64,000 nucleotides of DNA. Origin: Eledone cirrhosa (taxonomy: Eukaryota). The notes beneath the pieces are model-generated. The model searched no databases and had not been told where the DNA came from. It saw only the letters and a list, made by a program, of their open reading frames with translations. This document shows, in pieces, positions 25,305 through 37,532 of the stretch; within the stretch, counting starts at the first letter, position 1, and each line of letters starts with the position of its first letter. The position numbers were made by a program, and so were the translations under genes. Location: contig OZ024748.1 in the NCBI GenBank assembly GCA_964016885.1, positions 8,246,001 through 8,310,000 of the forward strand, read 5' to 3'.

Positions 25305-27287
25305 CTTCCAAAGTAATTACACTACACTGAACTGTACTCACACATAGTGGAAATTGGATGAAAAAAATTGAATCTTCTAGTAGGCAAATTCATACAAAGT
25401 TAGGATATTTTTTTAGTTTCAAGATAAATTTTAAACATAATTTTGGTGTCTCTTTAAATGTTAACTTGTCTTTAAGAACAATAATTAAACAAATAGATAA
25501 AAAACAATAACAAAAATCTCTTCATTTTCAACCTTCATATCTTAAGGTAGAATATAGTCTTTAAAATATCTGAAGAACAATAATGAAATAGCTAATGGAA
25601 TTTTAAATATGAATTATCCCTTGCTACTATATATCTCCATACAGTTTGACATTTCAATATTTTGTCAGATATTTTCCTACTAAGAAATTTAATTTTGTTA
25701 AAACTCAGATTCTGAAATTGATTATAACTTTAAATTACTGTTATTATTTATGCATAGGTTGCAGTGTTTTGCTTGCTTTATCACAAGTTAAATTCAACTT
25801 GCCACTTTTCTTTCTTTCTTCCTTTCTCTCTCTCTCATTTTTGGAAAGAGAGAGAGAGAGGTTTGCAAATGTTAATTTTCTCTTTGACTTCTTTGTTTTC
25901 TCTGCTGTTCCTTGGTGAGTCTTTTGACCTTTTACTGTACATATTGTGACAGTGTGTTTTATTATATATTTTAATTAAGTCATGTACTTCTGGAATAAGT
26001 AGTTTATGTGTCTGTGAGTAGCTTTACATACAAATATTTTTAACCTAACACAGCCATACACCATGTTAACAGCATTCACTATTGGTTGGTACTATTGTGA
26101 ATCAATGAAACAGTTTTAATCACTGTGAATTATTTAATCTGTTAAATAAATGTAAGATATTGTAGATTAAGGGATTTTAATACTTAAATCATTGTTAGTA
26201 ACTTTCCCTTTTGTAACCTGGGAAGTTTTTGTAACAGAACATGCTGCCTGTTCCATTGTGTTTGAAGTTTATTTGTAACATTAAAAAGATAAAAATAAAT
26301 GTCTTTATTGGATAAATAGTTCCAATTATTTATATTATCAACATTATTGGTTCTGATGTAGTTTCTGATTAGGCAGAAGACCAACAATTATTTGGGAAGG
26401 GAAAGTTGATTAAATCTACTGGAATTTTAATTTATTGACTCCTGTAAGGATAAAAGGTAAAGCTCACCGTGGCATGATTTGAACTCTGTAAACTCTACAC
26501 TGTGAAGTATGTCCAACACTCTACCAAAAGTGCTAATCCATAATAATAATAATATGTAAAAATACGAAGTAGACTCACATGAAGATATACATGTATTTAT
26601 AATGTTACAGTTTGATTTATTAATGAATGATTTGTTTGAATCATTGATTTATAGATTAGTTTTTGTGAACAACATTGATCTAATGCCTTTAACTTTTATG
26701 AGACAATTTGGCAATGATAAAAAAGTCATATTTTGGCTAGATTTAACTTAGGATCCATTGAATTACATGTGCCACTAGTAGAAAAATCAGAGTTTAATAG
26801 AGTAGAAGAGAAAGGAATATTGTAATAATAAGTGTCTTTAAAAAATAGCTAACTAAAGAAACAAATGGTAATACATTACCTTATTTGGTTATGTTTTTTG
26901 GAAGTGCTACATCAGACGGAAATGATTGAAATTTGTTGGAATAACATGATTATTAGAATGTGGTGATTTGATTAGGGGAAAAGCTTTCATAAGCATCAAA
27001 CTTCACTCCATTAAGATCTTCTATTTCACATGGCAAGTATTATATTTGTTAAATGGGAGATCTATTAAATTGTCTAATGAGTGTAAAGTAAAAATAATAA
27101 TAAAAAGGAAGTAACTAAGAGAAAAACAAAACGGAAACACCAAAGAAAATAAGTAGGTTTTCTACTGAGATCTTTTACTCTGTGTCCTTTCATTTCTCTC
27201 TTTGGTTTTATAGTTTTCCACATTTTATTGTTGAACAAATAGAAAGTATAACATTGCTTTCTGTTTCATTTCCTATAAACAAATAAT

Positions 27288-27475
27288 TGTTTCTACTTTT
27301 GGCACAAGGCCAGCAATTATCCAGTGCTTACTGGTACTTTATTTCATCGACCCCGTAAGGATGAAAGCTAAAATTAGCCTCGACGGGATTTGAACTCGGA
27401 CCATAAAGGGACGTAACTATGCTGGAAAGCATGGTGTCCGACCCTCTACCGATACTGCCAATTCACCTACGCCAT
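27288..27475 (-). mobile_element. tRNA-derived SINE (Octopus-SINE-like)
   Basis: full length; flanked by taaacaaataat direct repeats (27276-27287, 27476-27487). Confidence 0.92.
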
Positions 27476-27487
27476 TAAACAAATAAT

Positions 27488-27676
27488 TGTTTCTACTTTA
27501 GGCACAAGGCCAGCAATTACTCAGTACATTACTAGTACTTTATTTTATCGACCCCGAAAGGATGAAAGGCAAAGTTAACCTCGGCGGGATTTGAACTCAG
27601 ACTGTAAAGGGACGTAACTATGCTAGAGAGCATGGCGTTCAACCCTCTACCGATACTGCCAGTTCACCTACACCAT
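27488..27676 (-). mobile_element. tRNA-derived SINE (Octopus-SINE-like), tandem with the previous copy
   Basis: full length; third taaacaaataat at 27677-27688. Confidence 0.92.
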
Positions 27677-27837
27677 TAAACAAATAATATTGTGTTTATA
27701 TCTGAAATGTTGTGTTCTGTTACTGTTTGGTATCATCTAGAATTCTGTCCATGAAATGACAAGCTTTTAACTTCTAAATTATTTGTTTATAAAGAACACT
27801 GAACAGATGATAATAATATTATTATTGAAATAATATT

Positions 27838-27998
27838 GGCGGTGGATTGGCAGTATCGGTAGAGGGTTGGACACCATGCTTTCCAGCATAGTTACGTCCC
27901 TTTACGATCTGAGTTCAAATCCCGCCGAGGTTAACTTTGCCTTTCATCCTTACGGGGTCGATAAAATAAAGTACCAGTGTGCCTAAAGTAGAAACAAT
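27838..27998 (+). mobile_element. tRNA-derived SINE (Octopus-SINE-like), small internal deletion
   Basis: A/B boxes present; attattgaaata direct repeats at 27821-27832 and 27997-28008. Confidence 0.92.
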
Positions 27999-28136
27999 TA
28001 TTGAAATACTAAGGTAACTGGAGGGTGATGTTGAGAGTTATGTAATGGTAGGTACATCATATATATTATTATTGAAATACTAAGGTAACTGGAGGGTGAT
28101 GTTGAGAGTTATGTAATGGTAGGTACATCATACATC

Positions 28137-28368
28137 TTGACCTTTTTCTTACTGTTTTGTTAATGAAATACATTGCTGTATGTTTCAATTAATTTTGAAA
28201 CTAATAAAAAGATTTGGAGAATTTAATACAATAACTAATATTTTAGTAAACATAACATTTCTTAAATAAAATTATGATGGAAGGTTTTAATATAAATACT
28301 CCCACTTTAAAATGGGTAGTTTTGGTTTCTAAAACCAGAGCTGGTTTTAGATGGCTTCAAAGTGTTTA
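28137..28368 (-). mobile_element. piggyBac-type MITE family B, degraded
   Basis: body gtttcaattaattttgaaa..atttggag..attatgatggaaggtttt shared with 35550-35725, 38788-38970, 60601-60842. Confidence 0.7.
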
Positions 28369-31005
28369 GAATATGTGTTGTTTCTTTATATACACACACG
28401 TGTGTGTTAGTTATTTATACACACGTGTGTATGTTAGTTATTTATACACATGTATCTTAGTTATTTATATACACACGTGTGTGTTAGTTATTAATGTGTG
28501 TTATTCTTTTATACATAAGTGTATTGGTCTTTTATACACATTTGTCTTGTTACTCTATACACATTTGTCTTGTTACTCTATACACATTTGTCTTGTTCCT
28601 CTATACACATGTTGTTTTATACACATACATATATTGTTCCAATGTACAGACAAATCTTTCCTAGTCCTTCTCCTCTTGTCACTATCAACTTGTGGTATGA
28701 TAGAAAAGGAACCAAGACATCTTAACTGTATTTCCTTTCTTAGTCTTCCACCCTATTGTAATTCAACAGATATTTCTTCATGTAACAATATAATGTTATG
28801 GGCATTACCCTTTATTTCCTGGCTAAGCTGGGGTCAGGGAATAACAATAAAAGAAACTGTGTAAATTACGTATTAATCAATGAAAAGAAACTGAAATGAT
28901 TCCATATCTTTCATGTAGAATTCTATTGGCAACATTTCTGAAACTGTATTTCCTTCCTTGATAGGTGATGAATTATCACTATACTTAAATGACATCAATA
29001 TGTAATAGAAATATTAAAGAAACTTTAATTATTCCTAGATGTAAGTTTTACAAAAACAGCAGATCCAATCAAAACTGATTATTTGTTGTTTCTCTGTCTT
29101 ATTAATTTGTTAAAACTGTTCTATCTTTTTTCTTTGCTTAACTAACCATAATTTTAGAAAACAGTTGAACTGCAAATATGAGCTTAAGATAGTGAATCAT
29201 TATCAACTGACAAAATCAGAAAGCAATAAAGCTGCATAGTTCAGTAAGAATAAATGATAGTATAAAAAGTGTGTTGTATAACATATTATGCTTAACACCT
29301 GAAGATAGGATTTCAGGAATCTAGGAAAAGTTTAGAATAAAATAAATGTAACTATTATGGAAAACTATATATTTTTGTTCTATGTAAATTGTTTTCATTG
29401 TAGGATGTTGACAATTTTAATATTTTGGAACTACAAGTATTGTATATTGAGTATAATAAATTAGCTTGTTTTAATTTGATATATTTTTGCTTTTATCATA
29501 AAATTAAATCCTATCATAATAGATATTCACCTTTCTTCTCTTCACCTCTTCTTACACATCTTCATTTTTATAGAATGTCTTGCTAGATGAATTACCCTGA
29601 AGTGGCAAGGAACATAAAATTGTTAACTATGATGAAGATTAATTATGTTTAGTTTCAGCAGCAGTACCCCCACCTCCACATTATATTAACAAATAGTATC
29701 TTAGAAGATTTACTGAACAGTTTTATTGAAATTTAATATAGTTTCTTTCTTCTTCTTTTGTTTTTTTGTAAACTGATTCTGTTATTATTTATATTAAATA
29801 TATATTAAGTTTTGTAGCAAATTTTCATTTGTAACAATATGATTACTTTGTGAAATGTAAAGAAACAGGTGTAATAAAGTATTGTGTATTGCAGTTAATT
29901 CCTAATATTGAGAATTACAGCAGTAAACATGAAATATATCTTTACAGAACTTAATTATTCTTTCAAATGGATTAATCTTCATTAAAAACTTGTTCAAGGA
30001 AAAAACAAAAGAAAGATATTTTAAAAGTAAATTTAATAGTTTATGATAAAAGGTTTATGAATGATTAACTTTTCTTTTCTCTGGAATTTTCTATCATGCA
30101 GACCATTATTTTCAGTTTTCAATATCTAATATACCCCCCCCCCCACACACACACACACTCTTTGATTTCTATCGGACTTCTTACTAAGTTACAGCCTGTA
30201 TCTTGCTGCTTCTTGTACTTGCTATTTTTCTATTTTATCAAAATGTATTTTTTTTGAGAATTTGTCTTAAATATTTAATATTGTTGTTTCTAGTAAGATT
30301 TGTTATCTTGGTGCAGTATTACTATTTCTGTTTATGTAGGTGTATGTGTGTGTGTGGGTGTAAATCAGGAACAGGTTTTCTTTCAAAGATGTTATTAAAG
30401 TCATGTCACCATTGGCTCAGTTGTTATAACATTGGATAGAATACTGTACAGTTGTTATAACTTTAGATTTAAATCCCACTGAGCTCAACTTTGATAAAGT
30501 ACCAATCCAATGTTGGGGCTAATTATTCCACTATATGTCTTTTTTACTCTCTCTGGAAGAAATTTTTCACACCCATTGAGAGATAACCAATTTTATCCTG
30601 ATGAAGTCTATGTTCACATCTCTAGAGAGATGGGTTCTGATAGGTTTATATTGACAGTGTTCACATCTGTTGAGGGATTGGCTCTGCCAAGTTTAAATTG
30701 GCAGTGTTTTGGAAATTGAAGGAATCAACATCGAATCTGCATCAACATTTGTGAGGCTGACAGATCCAGAGGCCGAACCTCAAGGAAACACAGATGTATA
30801 CACAGTTGCTATCTAGCAGAGTGCCAGTATTGCATTGAGCCAGGCGCCGTTGTGGGGTTGGGAAGCCAAGTGTAAACATTCCAGGTGGTACTTTCACCTC
30901 CTATTTACTGAGTAGAAGGAAGTAATAACTACATTTATGCTGGTTGTATTATTACCTGTTTACACTCTATAAATCTAACTTATTATTATTATTATAACCT
31001 TCAGA

Positions 31006-31191
31006 TGGTGGATTGGCCGTATTGGTAGAGGGTCGGACGCCATGCGTTGCAGTGTAGAGTTACGGCCTTTTATGGTCTGAGTTCAAATCCCGCCGAGGTT
31101 AACTTTGCCTTTCATCCTTACGGGGGTCGATAAAATAAAGTACCAGTAATACACTGGGATAATTGCTGGCCTTGTGCTAAAAGTAGAAACA
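31006..31191 (+). mobile_element. tRNA-derived SINE (Octopus-SINE-like) with target-site duplication
   Basis: attattataaccttcaga repeated at 30988-31005 and 31192-31209. Confidence 0.95.
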
Positions 31192-31963
31192 ATTATTATA
31201 ACCTTCAGAAGAAGATGGAGAAACATTGGTAGAAGGAAATAAGACAGAAACTGTACACAAAGGAACTTACTTTTCTCTCATTTTTCATAGCAGTTTCAAG
31301 TTTCTTTTTCCAGCTTTTGTCAGAATGGCAGAAAGCTGTCTGTATTTGATAAGTTTATTAGCTTTATTGTCATTAAAATATGCACCAGTGATTTCTTCTT
31401 AACTTTGTTTTTAAAAACTCTTTTGTTCTCTTCTGATTTCACTGTTTTAGTTAAATGTCAGGTGAAAAGTTTTCTCAGCTACTTTAATAGCCTTGTCAAA
31501 CAATTCTCATGTAAGCTGCTACTGCAACATTTTCTATCCATTTTTCCATTTCTTTTTCATTTAACATTTTAAAAATTTAATAAAAGAAATCATTAAAAAA
31601 TAGTTTTTAAATTGTGTTTAAAAAAAAAAAACTGGCTGCATAAGTCTCCTAAAAGAAAGAGGAAGAAGTATTCAAGTAGTTGAAAGAATTCATCCAACAC
31701 AAGAAAAAGAAATATGTATAAAAAAAAAATCAATTTATTAAATGTTCTTTGGTTGTTAAAATCTTTCCTGAGTTTCCTCATTTTATTGCTAACATAATGT
31801 TGATTATGAGGCTAAATAGCAAACTAAATTATCACAACTATATGGTTATTTTCTCTCTAATTACTGCCACCTTTCTCATAACTATCGTCATCAGTTTTTC
31901 ACTTTGTCTCTATTAAACCACGTGTTTCTACTGATTTTGTCATTCATTATATATTTCTGTAAG

Positions 31964-32084
31964 GCGTTGAATTGGCAGTATCGGTAGGAAGATCGGACGC
32001 CATGCTTTGACACATAGAGTTACGACCCTTGCCATTCTGAGTTCAAATCCCGCCGAGGTTAACTTTGCCTTTCATCCTTACGGG
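31964..32084 (+). mobile_element. tRNA-derived SINE, 3'-truncated
   Basis: head and core intact up to catccttacggg, then replaced by LINE sequence. Confidence 0.88.
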
Positions 32085-32087
32085 TTC

Positions 32088-32232
32088 GAGGCAGTGTCTC
32101 GATAGCTAACAACTGATGCAGGTAGTTTGTTCCATGGAGGTTTTAAAGGAGGCAGTGTCTCGACAGCTAACAACTGATGCAGGTAGTTTGTTCCATGCTT
32201 CAGCAACTCTGAACGTGAAAAATTGTTTATGT
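32088..32232 (-). mobile_element. CR1/L2-clade LINE ORF2 C-terminal fragment with internal duplication
   Basis: minus strand encodes KQFFTFRVAEAWNKLPASVVSCRDTASFK (FFxxRV..WNxLP..FK motif); the WNKLPASVVS segment occurs twice. Confidence 0.85.
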
Positions 32233-32250
32233 AGAAAACATTATTGTTAT

Positions 32251-32437
32251 GGTGAATTGGCAGTATCGGTAGAGGGTTGGACGCCATGCATTCTAGCATA
32301 GTTACGTCCTTTACTGTCTGAGTTCAAATCCCGTCGAGGTTAACTTTGCCTTTCATCCTTACGGGGTTGATAAAATAAAGTACCAGTAATGCACTGGGTA
32401 ATTGCTAGCCTTGTGCCAAAAGTAGAAACAGTTATTA
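32251..32437 (+). mobile_element. tRNA-derived SINE (Octopus-SINE-like), full length
   Basis: A/B boxes, conserved core, gtagaaacagttatt tail. Confidence 0.92.
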
Positions 32438-32569
32438 TTTCATCAAGAGTGGTGCATTAGCAGAGCCATTAGAGTGAGATGTTATAGTGAAGTAATGTCT
32501 AGAAATAAGACATTAGATTATTTCTTCTATTTTATATGTCTAAACAATTGCCACTGTTTGTTTGTCTAG

Positions 32570-32725
32570 GCAATCCGTGACGGTGTTATTGAGGCAACAA
32601 TTGACCATGATGAACGTTATGTCCAGTCAAAAGAAACAACTGACATCTATTCAACATGTGAGCCAATGAAAGCATTCCATGACAGGATCAAGTTCTGTCT
32701 AGATATTCATAATTCTTCAGTCAAG
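32570..32725 (+). CDS. PSMD3: Rpn3/PSMD3 exon (7th visible), end of PCI domain
   Basis: ttgtctag|...|gtaagc; 156 nt; [52 protein letters not shown]; too short for the ORF track. Confidence 0.97.
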
Positions 32726-32798
32726 GTAAGCAGTTATTTCTATTTCTCTTCAATTTATACTTGTACGATGTAAATATATAATTGATTTTTTTTCTATA

Positions 32799-33006
32799 TT
32801 AACCCTTTAGCATTTAAACCGGTCGTATCTAGCCAGAATTCTCTCACCTCTTTCTATTCCAACTGGCTATAACCGGCCGCTCATACTCATGTTAAAGTAT
32901 TGTTTTCAAAATAAATAACATCATCAAAATTTTGATATGTGAGATATTGTGTTTACTGTGAAAATACAATAGTAAATATAGAGTAATGTAAATGGTAAAG
33001 GGTTAA
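32799..33006 (-). mobile_element. piggyBac-type MITE family A
   Basis: ttaa-ccctttagcattt ... aaatggtaaaggg-ttaa. Confidence 0.88.
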
Positions 33007-33394
33007 GTCCATCTGTGAGCAAATTTGTGAGTCATGATTCACATGTGACAAATCCTCTGAGTTCTAGTGTTGAAATCTTAATTTTTATATTTATGATAAT
33101 TTTTTAAATGAGAAATGATAATCTAGATAAAATAAAATAAAAATACATGAATAAATAAAATGCAATGAATATAAAGAATATGTAACGTACAATAGATGAA
33201 ATTAATTTTAAATATTTTATAGTTGTACATCAATCTGTTGGGAATTAGCAATGTTTTGGTTTTTGGGGGAATATTTTGATTTATTAGTCAGTAATAGTTA
33301 GATGTTGGTTGGTAAAAAAGTTATCTAACTATTTCTAATAATCCGATTAAAGGGTCTTTGGTGTAATGTTACTCAATAGAGGGCATAGCTCAGA

Positions 33395-33710
33395 GATCAG
33401 AAAGTCACTCCAGGTAGAGCCATTACTTCTCTGAATTGAGAGATCACAGCTCCGATACTATGGCTATGTGGTTAGAATGTCTCGGGGAAAGAATCACTGG
33501 ACAGATTTTACGGGCAAAATCAACCGACAGAAGACCCAGGGTTAGAGCCCGAGCAAGATGGTTGGATAACATCCATGAGTTTGGCTGGTCTCACTTGGGG
33601 ATCCAGCTGGATCAGTTGGAGATGGATGCTTCTGACAGGAGCTACTGGAGGGAGCGTTTGAGGACTCTGCCTCCACAACCCTCTAAGGAATAAGTGGGCG
33701 AAGAAGAAGA
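33395..33710 (+). mobile_element. RTE-clade LINE (Rex3/Expander-like) 3' fragment
   Basis: VEPLLLxIERSQLRYYGYVVRM..RRPRVRARARWLDNIHEFGWSHLGI..WRERLRTLPPQP* then (gaa)n tail; frameshifted. Confidence 0.88.
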
Positions 33711-33781
33711 TTGATATATCTGATAGTAATTTTAGGCAGGAGAGACTTGAGCCCCTGAAATATATGTTAGTTTTATTAACA

Positions 33782-33999
33782 TTAACCCTTTAGCATTCAC
33801 ATTATTTTATATATACTATTATATTTTAATGGTAAAGGCTTTACCTCACGTAATTATCTCACATAATATCGAATCTATGAGATTTTGAAAGTATTTATTT
33901 TGAGAACAATACCTTAACATCAGTTTGAGCGACCAGTTACAGCCAGTTTCAACAGAAAGAGGTAGAGAATTCTGTCCGGTTTGAACACTAAAGGATTAA
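33782..33999 (+). mobile_element. piggyBac-type MITE family A
   Basis: ttaa-ccctttagcatt ... ctaaagga-ttaa. Confidence 0.88.
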
Positions 34000-34919
34000 C
34001 AGTTTTATTATGAATAGTTAGTATATTGTGGTTGTTGTTAGTGTTTTTTAATATTAAGTTTTATTGTAGAATCACTGTTTCTTTGCTAAACTTTTCTATA
34101 GTAAAAAGCATTGCTGTTTAAAGCTGTCAGTATATAGTTGCTTGATATATTAAGAGTTTTGTTTCTATTTCACTACTGGATTTCTCGAAGTTCATTGAAC
34201 ATCTTGTGTTTTTATTGCAAAATAATTATTTAAATTGACTTTCTCTGTTAATATCTATGAAGATAAAATATACATAGAACTATTTTAAAACAAATTCTCT
34301 TCCTTCTAATTCTATATTCAATTTCAATTGTTGCATGTCTTTAGATTGCCTCTATGAAATAAAATGATTTGAAACAGCCCTTCTTATATATTGCTATTAT
34401 CAATTACTTATTAATTTGTAACAGAGATGATTGCAGTTGTAAGAAATAGAAATATATTTTCAAATGTGTCCACAAACTTTATTAAATGTTTTCATTATTT
34501 ATGCAACTCAATCATTGTTTTCTTACAAAATATTTTCTATAAACTCCACATTTTCAACATTTTGTTTAACTATTATCAATATTATTATGTTTTTTTTTTT
34601 TTTTTTTTTTTTTTTTGAATTGAACAAAATTTTGATGCTTTGCTTTGCTATTTATGAATAAATAAATACTGTATTTCTAAAGTGTACTACTTGAACTTTT
34701 AATAGTTAAATCATATATTATTAAATATTTGTTTCTGTATCTTACTGTTAGTAACTAGTTCTCAGAATCTGACTGACTAAATAGTTTCTATATTACTGTT
34801 AGTAACTTTAACATACAATAATGAATTGAAAATAATTAAAAGGGAGCAATGAGTGAGTCTGCCGATAATAGATTAGATGTTGTCTTCCTGTTTCTTCTAC
34901 AACAACTACAACGGTACGC

Positions 34920-35520
34920 GATGGGGCCCACCCACAGCCCTGGCGGACAGAATGGAGAAGGCGTTTCCCCGGAGGACAGCAAGGGAGACGCGCTGGAAAA
35001 GCCACTCCAACTCGTGGGGCTCACACCTGCGCTGGCCAGCTCAGCGCCTATGGTGGTGAGTGAGGAGGTAGCCCTGGGGCCGAGGACACCAGAAGTCTCC
35101 ACTGCCAGGGGTACGACTGCAAACCTGTCGGAGAGCGACCAGTATTTGCAGAGTTTAGCCCCATCAGCCTGGCGTGCAGCAGAACCTGGGTCAGTCGCAG
35201 ACTGCACCAGGCTGCGGCTGCAGAAAGTGTCAGTGCAAGTGGCATCCAGACGAGGTATTTGCCACCGCGGAATGGGAAGATGGTCATGTCATCTGGCCTT
35301 TTGCTGTCCCCTCGATCCAGCCCCACCGGTTCGAGCTGGGAAGGGAAGCCTGCAGTGTCCAAGCCATGCTTAATGACCTTGTTGAGGGCAGCATGGCGTG
35401 GAATGCGGCCGGCACTGTGGCGACAGGAAAGCGGGTGGAGGCAGAAAGAGTCCACGGTGGAACCACACAGCGACATTGGTGTGGCTGGCAGATCCGGAGG
35501 CCGGGCCTCAGGGAAATGCT
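34920..35520 (-). mobile_element. CRE-like non-LTR retrotransposon, 5'-truncated (zinc knuckle + restriction-like endonuclease), frameshifted
   Basis: GC-rich island; merged frames read [102 protein letters not shown]. Confidence 0.85.
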
Positions 35521-36159
35521 GGAATCTAACTAAATCAAACATTTAAAGATATTTCATAATTTAACTAACTTTCTCATTATTAAGTTGGTGTTTGGAACAT
35601 AACTTAACACAGGTTCTTACATAAAATTATGATGGAAGGTTTTTAGATAAATATCATTACTTTAGAGCCATCAGTTTTATATAAGAGGAGGAGTAGTTTG
35701 ATGTTGTTTGGTAATGAAAGGTTAACATAAGTTTACATGACATAAGCTAAAGCATATAAAGAAGTTTAGTTTAATACAAAGATATTGTCATTCATTAAAT
35801 TATCAAAATTAAATTGATGTTTTCAACAATAAAAGTCATCAAATTTAAGTTAATTTTTGAACAACATAAAGTTTTCTATCATGTTAATTTTGAAATGTTG
35901 TTTTAAAGTTAATTTTGTCCTGCATCTTATCTTTGTTATTAATGGTTTTAAGATTTTAAAACCTGCTTAAAGTTTCTTTCTTTGGATTTATATATATTAA
36001 TAATCTGTTATATATTAATAAATCTGTTATATATTAATAATCTGTTCAAATTGATTATAGAAGTTAGGTCTTAATATCGGAGTTTTATTTAAATAAATCT
36101 TTAAAACAGTAGTGGTTAGAATTGTTGAGAGATAAATACTGGGAATGTAGCAATATATA

Positions 36160-36405
36160 TCACCACTGCTGCCACCTACACCACAAACACCACTACTGCC
36201 ACCTACACCACTACTGCCACCTACACCACAATCACCACTACTGCCACCTACACCACAAACACCACTACTGCCACCTACACCACAATCGCCACTACTGCCA
36301 CCTACACCACAAACACCACTACTGCCACCTACACCACAAACACCACTGCTGCCACCTACACCACAAACACCACTGCTGCCACCTATACCACAAACACCAC
36401 CCACA
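36160..36405. repeat. 27-bp minisatellite (ccacaaacaccactactgccacctaca)
   Basis: about 9 copies; source of GVCGVGGSS and HHKHHYC pseudo-ORFs. Confidence 0.95.
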
Positions 36406-36876
36406 CCATTATCATTTTCAATATCTATTTTTCCATGTTGGTGAGATAAACTTTTATTCTAGGCTGCTGCTATTTTCATTGTTTGATGTCTACAATGTCC
36501 AATGACCTGAGCTTTGACTTCAAGTCTTTACATGTCTTTCTCATTCATAAATCACTTCTATTGTCTATTTATATCTTCTGCTGTTATAGACAGGTGATAT
36601 GAATGGAGAATATATGCTGAGTGGTTGGTGTCTCTCTCATCTTTACTGCACATTTCACACTGCTTATATATGTAATTTGGTGGGTGTTTCTATCTTAGAC
36701 ACACTACATAAGAAATTCCCTGACTTTCAGGCAGGCGGGCCTATATCACAATGACAGTTTGGCACTATCGAGGCATAAAAGTTGCCATGATTGGGCATTT
36801 TTCACAACAGGACAACTCGTCAAACCCATGCTAACATGGAAAAATGGATGTTAAACAGTGATGATATATATATCCA

Positions 36877-36912
<36 letters not shown>

Positions 36913-37191
36913 TACAGCATAAATGATCCTTTCAATAGTTTTCTAGGAGATGGCAAAAGGAACAGACCTCTCCCTGCTCACTCCCCTCTATCTTTATATT
37001 TCTTCTTTCATTTCTCATTCTATTTTCTAATGAAGGACTAGCGTCTGAAACGTTAACACTATATTAAGCGTGAATCTAATATGTATCTTCATTGTACTAA
37101 TCGGCAGTGTTTTTTCCATTTACTTTTCGCACACACACACATATCATCATCATCATTGTTTAACGTCTATCTTCCACGTTAGCATGGGTTA

Positions 37192-37243
<52 letters not shown>

Positions 37244-37290
37244 ATGTGTGTGTGTATAGGTATATACACATATGTATATATGTGTACAGG

Positions 37291-37323
<33 letters not shown>

Positions 37324-37374
37324 GCATATGCACACACACACACATACACACACACACATATATATGTATACGTC

Positions 37375-37406
<32 letters not shown>

Positions 37407-37487
37407 TACACATATTTCACACTGAATACAAGAAGTTAATTACCAATATAAATTTATATATCAGCATTTTATGTCCGTTGTTCTATG

Positions 37488-37532
<45 letters not shown>

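Noticed and set aside
36027-36505. Gly-rich and His/Cys-rich ORFs resembling structural or metal-binding proteins
   Set aside because: 27-bp minisatellite; no signal peptide or splice context
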